Positions 59,211-64,000 of a DNA stretch of 64,000 nt are shown in pieces; within the stretch, counting starts at the first letter, position 1, and every line of letters starts with the position of its first letter. Below the pieces are notes generated by a model. That model searched no databases and was not told the origin of the DNA. It worked only from the letters and a program-made list of their open reading frames with translations. Origin of the DNA: Bacillota bacterium (GTDB lineage: Bacteria; Bacillota; Clostridia; TANB77; CAG-508); assembly GCA_052036095.1 (NCBI GenBank), contig JBPOHA010000056.1:466-64465 (forward strand), in the 5' to 3' direction. The position numbers and the translations under genes were made by a program.

Positions 59211-60365
59211 ATGAATCGAAAGATAGAAAAACTTTGGAAAAGAGAAAGTGGAATTACTATGATTTCACTAGTTATAACAATAATAGTTTTATTAATATTA
59301 GCATCAGTAACTATTAAGGTAACATTAAATACAGAAATAGTAGAAAAGACAAAAAATACAGCAACAGAGTATAAAGAATCTGAAAGTAACCAAACAAATC
59401 AATTGTCAAATTTAAAAGTATATATAGATGCAGATGTAGGATACACAATTAAAGCTACAACTGTCAAAGAAGCAAAGGAAGAAGGAGAATACTATAATAG
59501 TAATACAGAAATAACAGACTCAAGTACAACGCCAGCAAAAATAAAAGTTCCAGCTGGATTTAAAATAGCAAGTGATTCAGCAACAAAAGTAGCAGGAGGA
59601 GTAGTAATAGAAGACACAAATGGTAATCAATATGTATGGATACCATGTACAATAGATGGAGCAAATGGAAGCTTAAAGTATGATAGATATGACTTTCAAA
59701 AGCAAGACGGGTACTATGGTGGATATTCAGAAAATATGTCAAGTGATAATAATGAGCAAAATAGTATAAAAGATAATGGTGGCTATTACATTGGCAGATA
59801 TGAGGCTGGGATAAATTCACAAAGGACAGAATCTGGAGACAAAACAAAAATGACTATGGCTGATTTGGGAGAGGTGCTAGAAAAAAATAATCAGTTCGTA
59901 TATAATTATGTAACAATAGACCAAGCAAAGAAATTAGCAGTGGAAGTATCTAGTCATTATGATTATTCATTAATGAGTGAGTTATGCAATAGTTATGCAT
60001 GGGATACAGCATTAAAATTTATTGATGCAACAGTAGATGGATATTCAACAAATACAACACAAGGAAATTATAATAATACATCATTTACATATACAGATAT
60101 CAATGGAAATACACAAACAAAAGGAACAGGAACGTCAACTTTGATACCTACAGGAAAAACCACATCAGTATGTAATATATATGATATGGGAGGAAATACA
60201 TGGGAGTGGATAACAGAATCTTATGCAAATTCAAGTTCTAAGTATGTTTATCGTGGAGGAAGTATTGATAATAGTTTTTCAAATAATCCTGCGGGATGCA
60301 GAAGTTATGATAATAATACATGCTCTCATTATAACATTGGATTTCGAGTTACTTTATATTTATAA
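59211..60365 (+). CDS. Pilin-like N-terminus plus FGE-sulfatase domain protein, paralog 3
   Basis: N-terminus MNRKIEKLWKRESG/ITMISLVITIIVLLILASVT. Motifs GRYEAG, SYAWDTA, GNTWEWI, RGGSIDN and terminal IGFRVTLYL. A purine-rich leader as for paralog 1. Confidence 0.6.
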   Translation: MNRKIEKLWKRESGITMISLVITIIVLLILASVTIKVTLNTEIVEKTKNTATEYKESESNQTNQLSNLKVYIDADVGYTIKATTVKEAKEEGEYYNSNTEITDSSTTPAKIKVPAGFKIASDSATKVAGGVVIEDTNGNQYVWIPCTIDGANGSLKYDRYDFQKQDGYYGGYSENMSSDNNEQNSIKDNGGYYIGRYEAGINSQRTESGDKTKMTMADLGEVLEKNNQFVYNYVTIDQAKKLAVEVSSHYDYSLMSELCNSYAWDTALKFIDATVDGYSTNTTQGNYNNTSFTYTDINGNTQTKGTGTSTLIPTGKTTSVCNIYDMGGNTWEWITESYANSSSKYVYRGGSIDNSFSNNPAGCRSYDNNTCSHYNIGFRVTLYL

Positions 60366-60400
60366 TTAATAGACAATAAATTTTTATGAAAGGTAAATAA

Positions 60401-62428
60401 ATGAAGATACAACATTTAGCAGTTATTTTTGTAATAATAATACTTCCTATATCACTGGTGTTATCAATATATACAGGAAATCTTATAAAAGTTTCAAATA
60501 AGCAATCTTCGTATGACACATTATTGCTTAATTCTACTTATGATGCTGTCAGAGCATATCAAATGAATACATTAAATAACAATTATACTGGAGTTAACGA
60601 GTCAAAAATTAGAGATATAAATGCTTCAGTAAATTCATTCTTCAATAGTTTAGCTACAGGTCTTTCTTCAAGCGGATATAGTAAAGATGATTTAAGAACG
60701 TATGTCCCAGCAATGATATATACATTATATGATGGATATTATGTTTATGGATGTTATAAAAATTCAGCCTCGATTTCAAATGGAAAGCCACAGTTTTCAA
60801 CTGATGCTACTCTTAATAGAGATACTGAATATGGTCTTAAATCATATGTATATTATTCTTGCGAATATAAAAATACAGATTATGATATAATTGTTAATTA
60901 TTCACTTGATAATTATATTTCAGTATATGGCACATATACTGAAAATGGAGAAAAAAAGTTTATATCAAAATCAGGATATTATATAGCTGCAGATGGGATA
61001 ACTATTGATAATACAACAAAAACTGTAAAAAAAGATAATAGAATTGTTGCAGAACCTGAAACTTTGGGGGAATATATATCTACTACTGATAATTATTATA
61101 CAATTAGTAATAATCAAAGAATATACCATACAAAAAAGAATGATACTAAATATTATAATTATATTATTTATAATAGTGTAAAATATTATTTTGATGATTA
61201 TATTAAAACTAATCCACCTGCAAGCTACAAAACAGCTATAGGTAACCAAATTCTAAATACAAGTTTCAATAACTCATATGATGGATATCCTGTATTTAGA
61301 TTAGAAAATAATTTACGAGTATATTTAAATAAAAATGAGTTAGATTCAGTTGTTGACTATTTAAATGGAGACCAAACATGGACAACTAATGATTTGGTTA
61401 ATAATAAGGGAACTTATTTTAAAGATATAAATGCATATTATTATTACAAAAATGCAAAAGATTTCAGTGAAAAGTTATACCCAATATTAAGTCAAATAAA
61501 TATATACACATCAGATAAGCAATATAATGATGTTATTCAAACTGATACATATAAGGAAAAATATGTTACACAATTAGGAAGTGATGCAGATACGCATGTA
61601 AAAACATCTTATGATACTGGAAAAATATTTGACTATAAAGAAAGTGGAAATAATCCGGAATTAGAATCTTCATCATTTAACAACCATAGAATTGATGTAA
61701 TAGTAAGTTCTATAGAGTCTAGTCTTGTAACATCAATCAAAAATTTTAATGATTATACAGCAAGCTCATTTGAATATACAATGCCAGTTTTAAGCGAAGA
61801 TGATTGGTATACAATAGCTAACAATATGACAGTTGTTTCTTTTCTACAGGGACTTACAATAGGAAATTATAAATATTATAGCAATTATACTGTTGTTGCA
61901 AATACAAAAAACAATGAGTTCGTATCAAAAGATTCAATATATGTACAAGATGATTATGAGAAAAGTATTGGATCACCACAAGATAGCACACTTGCTGGGG
62001 CTTGGGAAAACTTGTATAAAAATAATATTTTTTCATTCTTTGGAACTCAAACTGAAGCAGAATATCATAACCCAAGATGTAATTTGTATAATACAACAAT
62101 GAATACGAGAATTAATAATTCATCATCTTCACAACAAGAAAAAATAAAAGTAGTAGGATATAAAAATACTGAATATGATAGAGTAAGTTTTACGTATCAA
62201 ATAAAAGATGGAAATACAATAGGTACAGAACAAGTGGAAAATTATTATTTGCAGCCAGGATCTAGCGGTTATGAATGTATAGTTTCGCAAGGAGAAGTAA
62301 ACACAATTACTACCGATGATTTAATTGAAGGAACAAAGAAAGTAAATAGTGAAATTAGCAAAGCATATGTTACAGCACTTGCACGTGAAAGGGCAGCGAT
62401 ATATAGATATTCAAGTAATTTAGATTAA
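60401..62428 (+). CDS. Large signal-anchored N/Y/T-rich extracytoplasmic protein, co-operonic with FGE paralog 3
   Basis: 35-nt gap after the upstream gene, N-terminal TM. 675 aa, no recognisable catalytic motif. Confidence 0.45.
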   Translation: MKIQHLAVIFVIIILPISLVLSIYTGNLIKVSNKQSSYDTLLLNSTYDAVRAYQMNTLNNNYTGVNESKIRDINASVNSFFNSLATGLSSSGYSKDDLRTYVPAMIYTLYDGYYVYGCYKNSASISNGKPQFSTDATLNRDTEYGLKSYVYYSCEYKNTDYDIIVNYSLDNYISVYGTYTENGEKKFISKSGYYIAADGITIDNTTKTVKKDNRIVAEPETLGEYISTTDNYYTISNNQRIYHTKKNDTKYYNYIIYNSVKYYFDDYIKTNPPASYKTAIGNQILNTSFNNSYDGYPVFRLENNLRVYLNKNELDSVVDYLNGDQTWTTNDLVNNKGTYFKDINAYYYYKNAKDFSEKLYPILSQINIYTSDKQYNDVIQTDTYKEKYVTQLGSDADTHVKTSYDTGKIFDYKESGNNPELESSSFNNHRIDVIVSSIESSLVTSIKNFNDYTASSFEYTMPVLSEDDWYTIANNMTVVSFLQGLTIGNYKYYSNYTVVANTKNNEFVSKDSIYVQDDYEKSIGSPQDSTLAGAWENLYKNNIFSFFGTQTEAEYHNPRCNLYNTTMNTRINNSSSSQQEKIKVVGYKNTEYDRVSFTYQIKDGNTIGTEQVENYYLQPGSSGYECIVSQGEVNTITTDDLIEGTKKVNSEISKAYVTALARERAAIYRYSSNLD

Positions 62429-62463
62429 AAACGTTAAAAACACTAAAAAGTTAAAAAAAAGTA

Positions 62464-62492
62464 TTGACAAAAGTCAAAGAAGTTAGTATAAT
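62464..62492 (+). promoter_or_regulatory. Consensus sigma-A promoter (TTGACA, 17 nt, TATAAT) for rpmF-rpmE
   Basis: Exact hexamers with a 17-nt spacer, 60 nt upstream of rpmF. Confidence 0.65.
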
Positions 62493-62554
62493 TATAAAGT
62501 GACTTAGGAATGAGATTTAAATATAGATATTCTAAAGCATAAGGAGGGATTAAA

Positions 62555-62740
62555 ATGGCACAACCAAAAAGAAGATGGTCTAAAGCAAGAACACATACAA
62601 AGAGATCAACATGGAAATTAGAAAATAAGAACTTAGTAGAATGCCCACATTGCCACAATCTTGTAATGCAACATAGAATTTGCCCAAGCTGTGGATATTA
62701 TGACGGTACTGAAGTTATATCTCAAAAGGCTACTAAATAA
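62555..62740 (+). CDS. rpmF: 50S ribosomal protein L32 (zinc-ribbon, C4 form)
   Basis: [41 protein letters not shown]. Strong AAGGAGGG SD. Confidence 0.8.
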   Translation: MAQPKRRWSKARTHTKRSTWKLENKNLVECPHCHNLVMQHRICPSCGYYDGTEVISQKATK

Positions 62741-62759
62741 TAAGAAAGAGGTGAATGTG

Positions 62760-62960
62760 ATGAAAGAAGGAATACATCCAGAATATCAAGAAGCAACAAT
62801 CACTTGTGCTTGTGGAAATGTCATGAAGACAAATTCAACAAAAAAAGATTTGAAAGTTGATATATGCTCAAAATGTCATCCATTTTGGACAGGTAATTTA
62901 AGAAAAGAAACAACTGGTGGAAAAGCTGATAAGTTCAAAAAGAAATATGGATTAAAATAA
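62760..62960 (+). CDS. rpmE: 50S ribosomal protein L31. The ATG at 62760 lies inside ORF-track ORF 62691-62960.
   Basis: [45 protein letters not shown] matches bL31 with Zn-ligand cysteines. Confidence 0.85.
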   Translation: MKEGIHPEYQEATITCACGNVMKTNSTKKDLKVDICSKCHPFWTGNLRKETTGGKADKFKKKYGLK

Positions 62961-62971
62961 GGTCTATATAG

Positions 62972-63005
62972 GCTCTGTAGCATTTTTGTTACAGAGCTTT
63001 TGTTC
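62972..63005 (+). terminator. Intrinsic terminator after rpmE (GCTCTGTA..TACAGAGC + TTTTGTTC)
   Basis: 8-bp stem with a 10-nt loop and a U-rich tail. Confidence 0.6.
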
Positions 63006-63042
63006 TTTATATGAAAAATATTAATTAGATTGGAGATTAAAC

Positions 63043-64000
63043 GTGCAAGCGGATATAAAAGAGTGGACTGATAAAATTAAAAAAATTAACAGCAGCAAAG
63101 AAAAAAAATATTATATTTTAACAATGGGGTGTCAACTTAATGAAAACGATTCAGAAAAGTTGGCTGGAATTGTTATGCAAGCAGGTTATAAAAAGGCAGA
63201 AACTATAGAAGATAGTGATCTTATTATCTTTAATACTTGCTGTGTTAGAGAAAATGCTGAAGATAAATTATTTGGAAAATTAGGAGAAGTAAAAAAATAT
63301 AAAGAAGAAAAGGGTACTATTATTGCAATTGGTGGATGTATGATGCAAGAAAAACATATTGTACAAAAATTAAAAGCGAGTTATCCTTTTGTTGATATTG
63401 TGTTTGGAACACATACTCTTGAAAATTTTCCAAAAGATCTATATGAATCAATTGTAGAAAATAAAAAAATTAATGATATTCTTGATATTGATGGGAACAT
63501 CTTTGAAGGTGTTCCAGTTGAAAGAGAAGACAAAATAAAAGCATCTGTTACCATTATGAATGGCTGTAATAACTTTTGCACATATTGTATTGTTCCTTAT
63601 GTAAGAGGAAGAGAACGTAGTAGAAAACCACAAGATATTATTAATGAAGTACAATGTTTAGCAAATCAAGGATATAAAGAGATTATGCTCCTTGGACAAA
63701 ATGTAAATTCATATTTGGTTAGCGAAAACGAAAAAGAAAATATTACAAATTTGCATTTTGCTAGTACAAAAGTGGAAAGCATAAATTCAAATTCAAATAA
63801 TCAAAAAGAAAATGAAAACGAAGTAAATTCATTTGCTACTTTGCTTAAAGCACTTGACAAAATTGATGGAATTGAACGTATTAGATTTATTTCTCCACAT
63901 CCAAAAGATTTTACAGATGATGTTATAGATGCAATAAAAAATAGCAGACATGTTTGCAAATTAATACATTTACCTCTTCAATCTGGTAGTACACAAGTAT
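63043..64000 (+). CDS. miaB: tRNA-i6A37 methylthiotransferase MiaB. 3'-partial: it runs off the window. GTG start; not in the ORF track.
   Basis: MTTase N-domain KKYYILTMGCQLNENDSE..FNTCCVRE and the radical-SAM motif IMNGCNNFCTYCIVPYVRG. Confidence 0.8.
   Translation, partial: MQADIKEWTDKIKKINSSKEKKYYILTMGCQLNENDSEKLAGIVMQAGYKKAETIEDSDLIIFNTCCVRENAEDKLFGKLGEVKKYKEEKGTIIAIGGCMMQEKHIVQKLKASYPFVDIVFGTHTLENFPKDLYESIVENKKINDILDIDGNIFEGVPVEREDKIKASVTIMNGCNNFCTYCIVPYVRGRERSRKPQDIINEVQCLANQGYKEIMLLGQNVNSYLVSENEKENITNLHFASTKVESINSNSNNQKENENEVNSFATLLKALDKIDGIERIRFISPHPKDFTDDVIDAIKNSRHVCKLIHLPLQSGSTQV

Overview
The window is a 64 kb stretch of a very AT-rich (about 27-28% GC) genome. It belongs to a spore-forming Firmicute of the Clostridia; the evidence is intact pro-sigK, spoIIP, a gerA operon, whiA, sepF/divIVA and cdaA. 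Nearly everything from 1 to 53 kb is on the + strand.

The housekeeping backbone is:
- rpsO-pnp (1.2-4.2 kb)
- mutL-miaA (6.8-10.7 kb)
- sepF-divIVA-rsmD (12-14 kb)
- rimP-nusA-infB-rbfA-nrnA-truB (16.5-25 kb)
- prmC-whiA-hemW-cdaA-truA (26.8-32.2 kb)
- two tandem fused ABC/FtsX transporters (33.9-38.6 kb)
- mutS2, a U32 peptidase, sigK, dut, a PAP2 phosphatase (39-45 kb)
- an ArsR/P1B-ATPase metal-resistance pair (45.3-48 kb)
- a DUF3298 protein, a degenerate GGDEF-like protein, rnr (48-53 kb)
- a minus-strand gerAA-gerAB-gerAC operon plus spoIIP (53.2-58.9 kb)
- rpmF, rpmE and the start of miaB (62.5-64 kb)

Three paralogous membrane/pilin-like proteins with a C-terminal FGE-sulfatase (SUMF1-type, C-type-lectin-like) domain are interleaved at 4569, 14653 and 59211. 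Two of them share a near-identical sigma-A promoter and a polypurine leader. One is followed by a conserved roughly 110-nt non-coding element. That promoter and element recur at 25.36-25.56 kb, fused around a 16-codon C-terminal remnant. The two copies sit exactly where the truB-(ribF)-rpsO-pnp synteny is broken.

Other unusual points:
- Two tandem unannotated minus-strand ORFs at 6372-6673 encode small hydrophobic Cys/Gly-rich peptides. Each has a perfect Shine-Dalgarno and they are flanked by bidirectional terminators.
- A GC-rich, ORF-free, roughly 200-nt candidate structured RNA lies after truB.
- A 20-bp terminal inverted repeat encloses tandem repeats between infB and rbfA.
- Several tandem-repeat arrays lie in leaders.
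- NusA has a K-rich repeat tail and IF-2 an Asn-rich insert.
- Start-stop mini-ORFs precede truA and arsR.
- hfq, ylxR/ylxQ, ribF, cdaR and smpB/ssrA are absent from their expected syntenic positions.

No CRISPR array, rRNA or tRNA gene is evident.
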